Assembly: GCA_964504395.1 (NCBI GenBank) | Contig: CAZDEJ010000001.1 | Location: forward strand, 1 to 49,014 | Origin: an uncultured Halobellus sp. | Lineage (GTDB): Archaea > Halobacteriota > Halobacteria > Halobacteriales > Haloferacaceae | Length of the DNA: 49,014 nucleotides | Direction of reading: 5' to 3' | In this document: positions 1 to 10,024 of the stretch, one piece after another | Numbering within the stretch: position 1 is the stretch's first letter | Layout: each line of letters opens with the position of its first letter | Translations under genes and position numbers: made by a program | The notes under the pieces: generated by a model | Told to the model about the DNA's origin: nothing | What the model saw: the letters and a program-made list of their open reading frames with translations, nothing else | The model's database searches: none

Positions 1-1
1 G

Positions 2-139
2 CGGCCAGCGAAGGCGACCGAAGGCGAAGACGTCGTGGAAACAGTCGAGTCCCGGGCAGATGAGGGTGAGGAGTCCACCGAGATGCTGAGCGAACTCCGC
101 CGCATCCGGGAACTCCTCGAGCAAGGTCGAACCGCGTAG
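2..139 (+). CDS. 3' end of an upstream gene (partial), possibly a PH-domain-containing membrane protein
   Basis: Frame 2 reads RPAKATEGEDVVETVESRADEGEESTEMLSELRRIRELLEQGRTA*, with TAG at 137-139. Acidic tail; the MLxELRxIRELLE ending recalls haloarchaeal PH-domain proteins. Confidence 0.45.
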   Translation, partial: RPAKATEGEDVVETVESRADEGEESTEMLSELRRIRELLEQGRTA

Positions 140-230
140 CACTGGCGGCGATTCCCTTGCCTCCGATGGACGCCCGTGATCCTATGTCGGCGATACGATA
201 CAGTTCCAGAGGGAGAGTAGGATGGTGCCC

Positions 231-1075
231 ATGACTGACCGGATAGGAACGCTGGCACGGTCGAGCACACCGTGGGGGTTCCCCGCCCTCTATCTCGGCG
301 TACCTGTTCTGGACCCATCTTCGGCTCGAACACGTCCGTCCGGGAAGGGACCAACCTGATCCTGTTTCTCCTCGGTGGGGCGAGTCCGCTGCTCGCCGGT
401 CTCACGATGGCCTGGCTCACCGGCGGCGAGGAACGGGTCGATGACCTGGGTCGACGGCTCGTCGACGTGGGGCGGACCTCCGTGCAGTGGTGGGTCGTCA
501 TCCCCATATCTTGACCGGTCTTCAATCTCGTCACCGCCGGAGTTGCAATCGCGCTGGGCGTCACCGACCGACCGATCACCGTCGTCTAGACGGTCCTGGC
601 CGACCCTGCGACACTCGGGTCCGTGCTGGCACTCGGCCTGCTGTTCCCCGCCATCGAGGAGGTCGGACTCCGCGGCTACTACCTCGACCGGTTGCAGGAT
701 CGATGCAGCCCGCTCGTCGCCGGCGTCATCAACGGGAGCACGTTGGGCGCCTAGCACGCCGCGTTCGTCTTCTTCCCGGGCTACTACGCGAACACCAGCT
801 ACGATCCCCGGTTGTGGTGGTGGCAGCCAAGTATCGTCCTGCACACGCTCGTTTTCGTCTGGATCGACGACAACACGGACCGGAGTATCCTCGCGTTCCT
901 GCTGATACACTCGGTGAGGAACCTGAACGGCGAGTTCCTGGGGCTCGCCGACGAGATGTTCCCGTTCCAGTTCCCGGCGCTCGCACTCGTAGTCATCGTC
1001 CTCGTGGCGAGCGGGCGGCTCTCGAAAACGTCCGTCGGTCGAGAATCGGAAGCGAATACCCGACAGGTAGCGTAA
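231..1075 (+). pseudogene. CPBP/Abi (CAAX-like) intramembrane metalloprotease pseudogene
   Basis: Frame 2 carries IEEVGLRGYYLDRLQ, LGA*HA (WxxWH position) and NTDRSILAFLLIHSVRN. In-frame stops at 512-514 (TGA), 587-589 (TAG) and 752-754 (TAG). The N-terminus (ATG 231) is in frame 3, implying a frameshift near 300-315. Confidence 0.85.
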
Positions 1076-1130
1076 CCGAGCAGCTCCCCACAGCGATCCC
1101 GGGCCGCCCTTCCCGTGATGAATCGCCCGC

Positions 1131-1982
1131 TCAAACGGAGTGACCGCGATCACTCTCTGTCGATGGCTCCGGCCGTCGTCCCATCGAACGGAGGTACGTA
1201 CCGGCCAACAACGTGGAGACGAGTATCGGCAGGAAGGTCAAGAACGCCGCCACGGGGCTGATGGTGACAGTGTCGCCAGCCACGAACACGATCGTCATGA
1301 TCCCGATCGGGGCAGCGAGGGTCGCGCCGAGCACCAGTTCGACACCGGCGAAGACGAAGCCCCAGGTGCGTTCCCGGAACAGCCACGCGGCCGAAAGGAA
1401 GATCGACGGGACGACGACCCCGAGGTCGATGACGTGTGTCACCAGCGCTTGCGGGCCCGACTCTTCGATCAGTGACGGGTCCGTTCCGCTGAGCAGTGGC
1501 GGTACGACGTCCGAGAGCCAGAGCGCGCCCAGTCCGAGGCCGATGACCACGAGCGCCACGCTGTACAGTGTCGTGTTGAGGTGCCCATCGAGGGTTTCGC
1601 GGATCGCGTCGGCATCGGTCGTCACCATCCCGCCGACGAACGTGAACAGCGAGAGGCCGAACAGCGCGACGTACACGAGGAAGAACGCGTTGAACGGGAT
1701 CTGCACGGCGATGGAGGCCCCCATGTAGGTCATGTACGCCAGCCCACCGAGCCAGACGATGCGACCACGGGGCGAGCTCCGCATCGCGTACCGAAGTCCG
1801 ACCGCCAGGACAGGAATTCCGACGACGAGGATCGTGAGGTCTTGCATCCGGTAGGACTCGACGATGCCGGGTGCGGCGCGGTAGTGACCCGACCGGAAGA
1901 GCCCGGCCAGTGACGAGACGGCGGCGAGACCGAGGACGGCGACTGTCGCGAGGGCGTGCCACCGGCGGAGTTGCCCGTCCAT
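1131..1982 (-). CDS. Multi-pass membrane protein, function unknown
   Basis: About 8 hydrophobic segments; start ATG 1982 or GTG 1991; TATA-like TTATTAT on the minus strand at 2015-2021. Confidence 0.8.
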   Translation of the reverse strand: MDGQLRRWHALATVAVLGLAAVSSLAGLFRSGHYRAAPGIVESYRMQDLTILVVGIPVLAVGLRYAMRSSPRGRIVWLGGLAYMTYMGASIAVQIPFNAFFLVYVALFGLSLFTFVGGMVTTDADAIRETLDGHLNTTLYSVALVVIGLGLGALWLSDVVPPLLSGTDPSLIEESGPQALVTHVIDLGVVVPSIFLSAAWLFRERTWGFVFAGVELVLGATLAAPIGIMTIVFVAGDTVTISPVAAFLTFLPILVSTLLAGTYLRSMGRRPEPSTESDRGHSV

Positions 1983-2034
1983 CGTATTCACCAGACGAAC
2001 GGACACTCGACCCGATAATAACTGCTGCTAGTCG

Positions 2035-2051
2035 TTCTCACCGGGCAGGAA
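2035..2051. promoter_or_regulatory. TTCYCR-N5-YGRGAA upstream element
   Basis: TTCTC-ACCGGGC-AGGAA, 13 nt from the TATA-like box of the minus-strand gene and 44 nt from GTG 1991. Confidence 0.6.
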
Positions 2052-2388
2052 CCGACATCCCCTCCGGAGGAAGCGTGGGTTCATGGCTCGTAGATTCGTC
2101 ACATCGCGACAGTGGGTTCAGCAGTGCGGCTCTTCGGGGATGCACTCGGAGCACTCGCGGTCGTCGACATCGCCCGCCGCTGGGGCGGGCCCTCCCCGAA
2201 ACGCCTGCCCTCGACGATCGGGCGTCGTCGCGAACTCGGGGGGACGTGACCTCGGAGCCGGACTCGTCGACTGTCGGGCCTGTCTCGGCTGGTAGCCGCT
2301 CGCCCTCGTGTTCACTCCCGTGGCGTTGCTGCTCGTCGTCGGATACTGGCCACTCTGTGTGTGCCTCGGACTGTCGATCTCGAGCCAC
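2038..2388 (-). pseudogene. Possible small acidic gene, probably frameshifted
   Basis: GTG start 10 nt after the DUF5518 stop. The acidic N-terminus turns Arg-rich, while a neighbouring frame continues PEFATTPDRRGQAFRGGP...ECIPEEPHC*. Confidence 0.25.
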
Positions 2389-2397
2389 CGATCCTGG

Positions 2398-2796
2398 TTA
2401 TTGCTCCCTCGGAGCTCCCGATTCACGGCTCGTCGACTGGGCGTTCGAGTAGAGATAGGCGCCCACGTAGCCGCCGACCGCGCTCAATCCGATGATCCAG
2501 GCGAACAGCAGCGGGAACATAACCAACAGGATGACGGCGAGTTCCACGCCCCCAGGAACCCCTAGCGCTCCAGGTTGCCAGACGGAGAGCCCGAGGCCCA
2601 GAACGAACACGAGGAGTATCGGAACGACCGCGATCCCGCCGGAGATGGCACCGGTCTTCGCACCGCGCTTTGGGGATGCCTTCTGCAGGTAGCCCGCAAC
2701 TCCCCCACCGAACAGTGCCGAAAAGCCCGTGAACGAGAGGACGATCGTTATCACTGCGCCGATGGCTGCGTTCTTGAGTTCGGTTCGTGCGACCAT
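2398..2796 (-). CDS. DUF5518 family membrane protein
   Basis: NAAIGAVITIVLSF..SALFGGGVAGYLQ...GAISG...LSAVGGYVGAYL pattern. Confidence 0.8.
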   Translation of the reverse strand: MVARTELKNAAIGAVITIVLSFTGFSALFGGGVAGYLQKASPKRGAKTGAISGGIAVVPILLVFVLGLGLSVWQPGALGVPGGVELAVILLVMFPLLFAWIIGLSAVGGYVGAYLYSNAQSTSRESGAPREQ

Positions 2797-2842
2797 GCTG
2801 TGTAGGTGATTGAGCTGCCAGCGAAATAGAGTCCACTTCCTG

Positions 2843-2859
2843 TTCCAACGGGCTGAGAA
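2843..2859. promoter_or_regulatory. TTCYCR-N5-YGRGAA upstream element (bidirectional position)
   Basis: TTCCA-ACGGGCT-GAGAA, 45 nt from ATG 2904 (+) and 47 nt from ATG 2796 (-). Confidence 0.65.
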
Positions 2860-2903
2860 CGGCCGTCCGAACTGATGTGTTTGGAGTTACACGTCCATAC
2901 GTG

Positions 2904-3641
2904 ATGGCGTCGAATCCCGCCTCCAACCAGTCTTCGGGAGCCGCCGAGTCGACGCTCTCTACGACTCTGTGGCGAAGCCTCGGTGCGCCCCTCCGGGTAC
3001 AGACGTACAAGAACCTCCTGTATCTCGCCCTCGCGTTCCCGCTCGGACTCGTGTACTTCGTCGGTCTAATCTTCGGCGTGGCGCTCGGGTTTGGGCTGCT
3101 TATCACGTGGATCGGTCTGCCGGTCCTCCTCGTGACGCTCTTTGCTGTGACGGTTGTCGCTGGCTTCGAAGCCGCGCTAGCCAGATACCTCGGCGGCGTG
3201 AACGCCTCGGTACCGACGTTCCTCGCAGAGTTCGACGTCTCTGGCGGGCTCGTCTTCCCGGGGGACGGGTTCGTCGACGCCGTCAAGCGACTCGTAACGG
3301 CCCGGACAACCTGGACGAGTGTCGTCCTCGTGCTGGCGAAGTTCGGGTTCGGACTGCTCTCGTTCGTCGCACTCACCGTTAGTGGTGCCGTTACGGGTGC
3401 GTTCTTGGCAGCCCCGTTCATCTACGACGATCCGGATGTGCTCCTCGGAGTCGGTGGGGTGGTCGTCGACGGCGACTACACCGTCGGCCCATGGGTCGTC
3501 GACACGCTTCCGGAGGCACTCGTGGCTTCCGCCGTCGGTGTCGTGTTCCTGTTCGTCGCGCTCAACCTCCTGAACAGCCTCGCCCGATTCCACGCCCGGT
3601 ACACCGCCAAGCTGCTTCAGGTAGACGACGAGGGGGTGTGA
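2904..3641 (+). CDS. Stand-alone membrane 'Sensor' domain protein (PF13796-like), no kinase domain
   Basis: QTYKNLLYLALAFPLGLVYF...LLITWIGLPVLL...FEAALARYL motif; about 4 TM segments; ATG at 2904. Confidence 0.8.
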   Translation: MASNPASNQSSGAAESTLSTTLWRSLGAPLRVQTYKNLLYLALAFPLGLVYFVGLIFGVALGFGLLITWIGLPVLLVTLFAVTVVAGFEAALARYLGGVNASVPTFLAEFDVSGGLVFPGDGFVDAVKRLVTARTTWTSVVLVLAKFGFGLLSFVALTVSGAVTGAFLAAPFIYDDPDVLLGVGGVVVDGDYTVGPWVVDTLPEALVASAVGVVFLFVALNLLNSLARFHARYTAKLLQVDDEGV

Positions 3642-3647
3642 GCTACC

Positions 3648-4544
3648 ATGCGTAGTCTACGTTCGGTTCGCAAGCGGATCGAGGAGCACCCGGTCCTCGC
3701 CTTTGTTATCGGTGCCTACGCGATCACCTGGGGGATCTGGTTTCCGGTATTGACTGCGATCGATCGTGGGTGGCTCGCGTACGACACGACCGCTATCCTC
3801 GTCCTCGTCGCCGGGAGCTTCGGGCCGCCCGTCTCGGCCGCCATCGTGACGTACCTGACGGGCGGGAGTCTGAAGCGCTGGTTCTCGCAAGCCCTTCGGT
3901 GGCGCGTCGCGCCGCGCTGGTGGCTCGCTGCGTTCGGACTTCCGCTGGTTCTGTACGCGCTCATGGCAGGCGTCCACCTCCTGCTCGGTGGACGACTGAA
4001 CTGGGGCGAGGTCAATCCGCTCGCGTCCATCCCGCTTGCGTATCTCAACGTCTTCATTTGGGGCGGGGGCAACGAGGAGCTGGGTTGGCGGGGGTTCGCG
4101 CTCCCCTACCTGCAGGAACGATACAGCGCCCTCGTCTCGAGTCTCGTCGTCGGCGTCGTCTGGACGGTCTGGCACGCACCCGCTGGGATCACCGAACGGG
4201 GTGTCACCGGCTGGGCGGTCGACTTGCCCGTCTACGCAGTCATCGTGATCGGCATCTCGGTCGTCGCAACGTTACTGTACAATAGTACTGAGGGCAGCGT
4301 CCTGCTCACGATGGTGTTTCACGCCGGCGTGAACGCGGGACAGGGGCTCTACCCCGTCGAGGGGATGTTCACGCCGACGGGCGAACTCGCTCGCTTCGTG
4401 GCGTGGGCGATCCTCGTCGGGGCGCTCTTGCTGGCGTTCGGCTGGCGGCGCCTCGCTCGTGGTGACGTCGCCGGCGCCGCACGGGCAGGGGCACGTCATC
4501 TCCCGGATGGCGACGAAGCGAGACGCCCACACCCGACGGACTAA
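3648..4544 (+). CDS. CPBP/Abi family intramembrane glutamic endopeptidase (intact)
   Basis: GGGNEELGWRG, WTVWH and FHAGVN motifs. Confidence 0.9.
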   Translation: MRSLRSVRKRIEEHPVLAFVIGAYAITWGIWFPVLTAIDRGWLAYDTTAILVLVAGSFGPPVSAAIVTYLTGGSLKRWFSQALRWRVAPRWWLAAFGLPLVLYALMAGVHLLLGGRLNWGEVNPLASIPLAYLNVFIWGGGNEELGWRGFALPYLQERYSALVSSLVVGVVWTVWHAPAGITERGVTGWAVDLPVYAVIVIGISVVATLLYNSTEGSVLLTMVFHAGVNAGQGLYPVEGMFTPTGELARFVAWAILVGALLLAFGWRRLARGDVAGAARAGARHLPDGDEARRPHPTD

Positions 4545-4689
4545 CGCTGTGACCGAGCGTTGCATCTCCCGGACGACGGGGAGTAAGTGGATCGTAACGT
4601 TGTTTTTACACGACGAAGTTCGGAGGTGGGATGCCGTGGATGATGGTAGATCCACGGCTGCTTTGTCGCCGCCGGGGGCCACCTAACCC

Positions 4690-5505
4690 GTGTCACGAGC
4701 TGCGAGCGGCCCCTCGTTCGGCAGGCGGTTCGGTGTGGCGCTGCTGTTGGGTCTGCCAGGAGTCGTGGCGCTCGTCGGCTACAGCTACGTCACGACGCCG
4801 GCAACTGCTGTCCCTGCCGGGCTGTCGCTGCCGCTTCTCGCACTCGTGTCAGCTGTCAATCCACTGTTGTTCCTCGGAATCGCGTGTCTGCTCGGGGCCT
4901 ACACAGCGCCGCGAGTGGGCCTACGGTCGCACGTCATCGACCGGACGGGGGGTGGCAGCGGAGTCTGGCAACGCCTCCGGAACGACGTCGGACTGGCCAT
5001 CGGAATCGGAATCGGAATCGTCGGGGGCGTCCTGATCATCGTTCTCGACGTAGTGATGATGCCACTCGTCGCCCAGGACCTGCCCCAGTCCGTTATCTGA
5101 GCGGCGAGACCGACCGTGCTCGACGTCTTCGCGTACGTCCCGGTCCGATTCCGCTACGGAGGAGTCACCGAGGAACGCGTGCTCCGGTTCGGGCTCATGT
5201 CGACCCTCGTGTTCGCCGGGTGGCGAATCACCGGCCGCCGGGCGGCTGGCCCGCAACCGGGCGTCGTCCGGGCTGCAATCCTCATCGCGGCCGTGCTGTT
5301 CGGCCTGGGCCACCTCCCCGCACTCGCACAGTCAGTCGATCTCACGCCGGTACTGGTGGTGCGGACGGTTCTGCTGAACGCGGTCGCCGGCGTCCTCTTT
5401 GGCTGGCTCTACTGGCGGCGAAGTCTCGAGGCCGCGATGGTGGCTCACGCCTCGTTTCACGTCCCCATAGTGGCCCTCTCGCTCGTCCAAGTCGCGCTTC
5501 ACTGA
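4690..5505 (+). pseudogene. CPBP/Abi family protease interrupted by one in-frame stop
   Basis: ORFs 4690-5100 and 5116-5505 share a frame, separated by TGA at 5098-5100. The downstream part has YGGVTEERVLRFG, FGLGHLP and EAAMVAH motifs. Confidence 0.8.
4999..5020 (+). repeat. (ATCGGA)n hexamer microsatellite, about 3.7 copies
   Basis: atcggaatcggaatcggaatcg, encoding IGIGIGI. Confidence 0.7.
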
Positions 5506-5727
5506 CGGCGCCGGTCACGGGACGGACCGAGGCGGGGCGAGCATCGTCGCGGGAGTCCGGTCCCGGAACGCCCGTTCACAGTCGTCGGTCGTCGTCGCCG
5601 GGTCCGTCCGGATCGCACCCGCTTCGGTCCGGCCCGCGGGCGGGGCCTGCGTCCGCCGGTCATCCGACGGCCGGCGGCTCGACGACGACCCTACCTATTC
5701 ATACGCGAGGACGGCCTACGAAGGCGT

Positions 5728-6153
5728 ATGAGCACGACTCCAGTAGAGACAGGTCTCGACTCCGACGCGGCCGATCGCCTGGTCAGCGCCGCACGGACCA
5801 GTCTCGGCGACACGCTCCGGAGCGTGGTGTACTTCACCCCATCGGCGTTCGACGTTCTATACGTCCGGCAGGATCTCTACGACACCGCGGCAGCCGCCCG
5901 GGAAGCGAAGTCACAGTTGGTCGAATTCGAGCGTCTCGGCTTCGCCGAGAAGCCGGTCCGGACGTTGCTCGCCCAGCAGGGCGGCGGCTCGGATATCGGC
6001 CCCTACCGGTTCACCGCACGGTTCCACGAGGACGGGTTCGTCGTCAGGATCCTCGGGAACGATGACGGGGTGCTGTTCACGACCGATAGTATGGACGTGC
6101 GGGCGTTCGAGGAGGCCGCCATCGCCATCCGGCGACTGCTCGACCGGGACTGA
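5728..6153 (+). CDS. Conserved haloarchaeal hypothetical protein (DUF7522-like)
   Basis: RTSLGDTLRSVVYFTPSAFDVLYVRQDL; acidic composition. Confidence 0.75.
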   Translation: MSTTPVETGLDSDAADRLVSAARTSLGDTLRSVVYFTPSAFDVLYVRQDLYDTAAAAREAKSQLVEFERLGFAEKPVRTLLAQQGGGSDIGPYRFTARFHEDGFVVRILGNDDGVLFTTDSMDVRAFEEAAIAIRRLLDRD

Positions 6154-6264
6154 GCCGATCCGCCCGCCGAAACGCTGGGTCGCACCGACCGACGGCCGTG
6201 TTCCGGGGAAGAGACGGTGCGAACCGGTCATGCCGAGGGTCGGCGGGGCATGAGTGGAACGAGG

Positions 6265-7404
6265 TCACCCGGCGATGCGCGACTGAAAGCCGCGCTGGAT
6301 TGTCAGCGCGTGTGCGAAGTCGGCGTCCGAGAGCACGCCGGTGACGACGTCGTTCTCCTCGACGAGAGCGACGGACGTGCCGGACTGTTGAAGCATCGAC
6401 AGCGTCTCGAACGCGTCGGCCGTCGACCGGATCCGAGTCGCGTCCTGCATCACGGTCTCGATGCGGGTGACGGCGCGCTCCGACGCCGCGACGTCCCGGA
6501 GGTCGTCGAGCGTAACGACGCCGAGCGGCTCCCCCGAGGCGTCGACGACGGGGTAGACCGTCTGCCGTTCACGGACCAGTCGGTCGACGAACGCCTCGAC
6601 AGTGGTGTCGACGGACACCGTCTTCGGGTCCCGGGTCATGATATCCCCCACCGAGAGGCCGTGGAGCAGCTCGTCGGTCAGGACGGTCCGGGATTCGGAG
6701 GTGGCCGCGGTGTAGAGAAACCACGCCAGCAGGAGCATGATCAGGTTGAACGACAGCACGCCGACGACCCCGAACAGGAACGCGAACACGACGCCGACCC
6801 GGGCGGCGATGCGCGTCGCCACGGCGTACGGGCGTGAGCGTGCGAGCAACGCCCGGAGGATCCGACCGCCGTCCATCGGAAACGCCGGGAGCAGATTGAA
6901 CAGCGCCAAGGTGACGTTCACGATGGCCAGCCACCCGACGACGAACCGAACGGCCTGAAGGCCGACGGGAACGACGAGCAGGATCACGTAGCTGCCCGCT
7001 CCGACGAGGACGCTCACGACCGGGCCGGCGATGGCGATCCGGAACTCCCGGTCCCACTCCCGCGGGACCGACGTCAGCGCGGCGATCCCACCGAGAATCC
7101 AGAGGGTGATGGACTCGATCTCGAGGCCGTACCGGAGCGCGACCCAAGAGTGACCGAGTTCGTGGAGCGTGACGCCGACGAACAGCCCGACTGCGGCTCC
7201 GGCTCCGATGAGCCACGGCGTCGCGCCGGCACGGAGGGTCGGGACGTCGAAGCCGACGCCGGTGAGCCGCTCGATGAGACCGGCGTACACCGCGATCTGT
7301 CCCCCGGCTCCGATCAGCCAGGCGAGGATCGGAAGGAACAGTAGCAACGACGTGTTGACGCGTATCGGGATTCCCCACACGGTCGCGATAGTGTAACTTC
7401 GCAT
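6265..7404 (-). CDS. Site-2 protease (peptidase M50) with C-terminal CBS pair
   Basis: HELGH zinc motif, FNLLPAFPMDGGR, then VGDIMT...CBS repeats; ATG at 7404; TATA-like TTTATG at 7429-7434. Confidence 0.93.
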   Translation of the reverse strand: MRSYTIATVWGIPIRVNTSLLLFLPILAWLIGAGGQIAVYAGLIERLTGVGFDVPTLRAGATPWLIGAGAAVGLFVGVTLHELGHSWVALRYGLEIESITLWILGGIAALTSVPREWDREFRIAIAGPVVSVLVGAGSYVILLVVPVGLQAVRFVVGWLAIVNVTLALFNLLPAFPMDGGRILRALLARSRPYAVATRIAARVGVVFAFLFGVVGVLSFNLIMLLLAWFLYTAATSESRTVLTDELLHGLSVGDIMTRDPKTVSVDTTVEAFVDRLVRERQTVYPVVDASGEPLGVVTLDDLRDVAASERAVTRIETVMQDATRIRSTADAFETLSMLQQSGTSVALVEENDVVTGVLSDADFAHALTIQRGFQSRIAG

Positions 7405-7666
7405 ACCGGCTGGTGTGCGAGCCGAGGGCATAAATCGGGGCGGAAGCTAGCGGAAGGACTTTCCGACCGGAGCCGCCGCACGGTCCCCGGCGGTTCGACT
7501 CGGGGACCGGGTCCCGTCGGCGGGACGGCGAGCGCAGGACTGGTGGTGACGGGCCGTCCGGGAGGCGCCGAGGCCGCCGGCTGATGCCCGCGGTCGGAGT
7601 CGATCGGGCCGCTCTCCGACACATAAGGTTATGTCGTCACGCGACGTAATCCAACAGCGATAGAAA

Positions 7667-8191
7667 ATGGAAGCGCAAGCTCGGTCGGGGATCGGAGTCG
7701 AAACGCCGAACCGTCGGCGGCTGGCAACAGTCGGTGCCGGGGTGGCCGGCGGCGTCGGGTTCGGCCTCGTCCTCCAGTTCGGTATGGGTGCGATGCCTGC
7801 CATCGGGTCGTTGTACGGACAGCCGACCGTCCTGGCTGGGTGGATCGCGCACCTGGTCCACAGCGTGATCTTCGCGGTGATCTTCGTCGCGGCGATCACC
7901 CGGACGGGACTGCGACGATACGCGGGGTCTGGGGTCCGGATCGTCGGACTCGGGACCGCGTACGGCGCGCTGCTGGGCGTCGTTACCGGCGCGTTCGTCA
8001 TGCCCATCTGGGCCAACGCCGTCGCGGGGGCCGGAATGTCAGTCCCGTCCCTGTCGGGTCCGTCCTACCTCGGGCACCTCCTGTTCGGGGTGCTGGTCGG
8101 TGCCGTGTACGTGGTCGCACGCGGTGTCGGGTCGCAACCGCCCACTGTCTCGACGGACGCCGACCCCGAGCCGGTCGAACAGGAACCCTGA
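7667..8191 (+). CDS. Four-TM membrane protein (GWIAHLVHSVIF / GHLLFG motif family)
   Basis: Hydrophobic helices with conserved His residues in helices 2 and 4. Confidence 0.75.
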   Translation: MEAQARSGIGVETPNRRRLATVGAGVAGGVGFGLVLQFGMGAMPAIGSLYGQPTVLAGWIAHLVHSVIFAVIFVAAITRTGLRRYAGSGVRIVGLGTAYGALLGVVTGAFVMPIWANAVAGAGMSVPSLSGPSYLGHLLFGVLVGAVYVVARGVGSQPPTVSTDADPEPVEQEP

Positions 8192-8330
8192 GGCCGAGAT
8201 GGAATGCGACACGGCACTGATCACCCGCCGATCGGCGGTGGGTCGCACTCCGACTCCCGCCGAGCGTGGAGATCGAAACGGAGAAACGATCGCCCGCGCC
8301 GTGCCCCGGTGGAACGCGAGTCCGGTTCCG

Positions 8331-9104
8331 TCAGATCGTGTTGGTCATCCCGCCGTCGACGATCAAGGACTCGCCGTTGACGTAGCCCGCCGAGTCAGAG
8401 GCGAGGAACACCGCCGCGTCGGCCACGTCGTCGGGCGTTCCAGCCCGGCGTGACGGAATCGTCCGGACGAACTCGGCCTCCTGCTCGGTGCCGAAGATCG
8501 GAACGTCCTCCGTGGTCATCGCCGTCTCGATCAGTCCGGGGTGGATGGCGTTGACGCGGATCCCCTCCGGTCCGAGTTTCGCCGCCAGCGCGTAGGTCAT
8601 CAGCCTCACCGCTCCTTTCGAGGCGTTGTAGGTGACGTACGGCGCCGACCCGCGGAGGCCGGCAACGCTGGAGATGTTGATGATGCTCCCGCCGCCCGTC
8701 TCGATCATCCGTTCGGCGGCGGCCTGAGCGCCGAAGAACACCCCTTTGACGTTGACGTCCATCAGGCGATCGAACGCGTCCTCGGTCACGTCAAGAAACT
8801 CCTCGGCCCGGAAGATCCCGGCGTTGTTCACCATGACGCTCACCCCACCGAACGCCTCGGCCGCGTCGATGGCCGCCGTGAGATCGGCGACCGCCGTCAC
8901 GTCACACTCGACGAATGTCGCTCGCCGGTCGGTCTCCGCCGCGATCAGTTCGTGCGTCGGGGTCCCGCCCTCCCGGGGATCGGGCTGGAGATCCGCCACG
9001 ACCACGTCCGCGCCTTCGCGGGCGAACGCCGTCGCCATCGCCCGGCCGTTGCCGCTCGCGCCGCCAGTCACGACTGCGGTCCCGTCAGCTAGTAATCCAC
9101 TCAT
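8331..9104 (-). CDS. SDR family oxidoreductase
   Basis: TGGASGNG, NNAG, YNASK and IRVNAIHPG motifs. Confidence 0.95.
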   Translation of the reverse strand: MSGLLADGTAVVTGGASGNGRAMATAFAREGADVVVADLQPDPREGGTPTHELIAAETDRRATFVECDVTAVADLTAAIDAAEAFGGVSVMVNNAGIFRAEEFLDVTEDAFDRLMDVNVKGVFFGAQAAAERMIETGGGSIINISSVAGLRGSAPYVTYNASKGAVRLMTYALAAKLGPEGIRVNAIHPGLIETAMTTEDVPIFGTEQEAEFVRTIPSRRAGTPDDVADAAVFLASDSAGYVNGESLIVDGGMTNTI

Positions 9105-9358
9105 ACCAACGATACGCGCTGCTTCGATTTATACGTATTCGTGGAAATCCGACGCGTTCCGGCCGGTCGGTCGGGGCGTCTCGCGGACCCCCCGGGGTGG
9201 TGAACCGGAAGTCCGGCCGGGCCACCAGGGATGGCGCACCGACGGCGTCGCCACCCGGACGGCGACGGCGGCGTCCGCCGACCGGAGGGTGCTTCGACCC
9301 CGAGCGGCGTGGCCGGAAACGGCCGTATTACAATGACTGCTTCCATCGAACGCCAAGC

Positions 9359-9970
9359 ATGGGCGAGTCAACGGGACGACCTCGGAAGCCGCTCTCGCGG
9401 CGGCAACTGGTACGATCGACCGTCGGCGTGGCGACGGCCGGGGCCGTCGGGCGGGCCGAGGCACAGGAGACCGCGGACGACGCCGGACGGCGGCACACGG
9501 TGGCGATGACCGACCAGCTCGTGTTCGATCCCGCCGACCTCACCATCGCGCCCGGCGACGTGATCGTGTGGGAGAACGTCGGGCAGGTGGGACACAGCGT
9601 CACAGCATACGCGGACGACATCCCGACGGAGGCCGACTACTTCGCCTCCGGCGGGTTCGACTCCGAAGCGGCCGCCCGGGACGCGTACGTCGCCGGGCGT
9701 CCGGAGACCGGGGACGTCGGCGAGGACGGCACCTACGAGCGGCGGTTCGAAACCGAGGGCTCATACGACTACTTCTGCATCCCACACGAAGCGGCCGGGA
9801 TGGTCGCGAGCGTCGAGGTTCGTACCGCGACCCCGGCTCGAAACGGCGGGCCGTCGACGGCGATTCCCGAAGGGGCGACGCGGATCGGAATCACCGCGAC
9901 CGTTGCGATGCTGTCGGTGATCGTGCTGGCGTATCTCCTGCTCAAGTACGGCGACGACTACGAACCCTGA
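9359..9970 (+). CDS. Plastocyanin/halocyanin-type blue copper protein with Tat signal and C-terminal TM anchor
   Basis: SRRQLV twin-arginine; GHSVT and YFCIPHEAAGM type-1 copper ligands; C-terminal hydrophobic helix. Confidence 0.9.
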   Translation: MGESTGRPRKPLSRRQLVRSTVGVATAGAVGRAEAQETADDAGRRHTVAMTDQLVFDPADLTIAPGDVIVWENVGQVGHSVTAYADDIPTEADYFASGGFDSEAAARDAYVAGRPETGDVGEDGTYERRFETEGSYDYFCIPHEAAGMVASVEVRTATPARNGGPSTAIPEGATRIGITATVAMLSVIVLAYLLLKYGDDYEP

Positions 9971-10024
9971 CCCGCTTTCGGCCGCGTCGGCAGGCGGTCT
10001 CCGAACGGCGCCAGCCCTCGGGGG

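Noticed and set aside
512..5100. In-frame stops as selenocysteine or pyrrolysine recoding
   Set aside because: Mixed TGA/TAG, an accompanying frameshift and other substitutions; no recoding machinery in view. Pseudogenisation is simpler.
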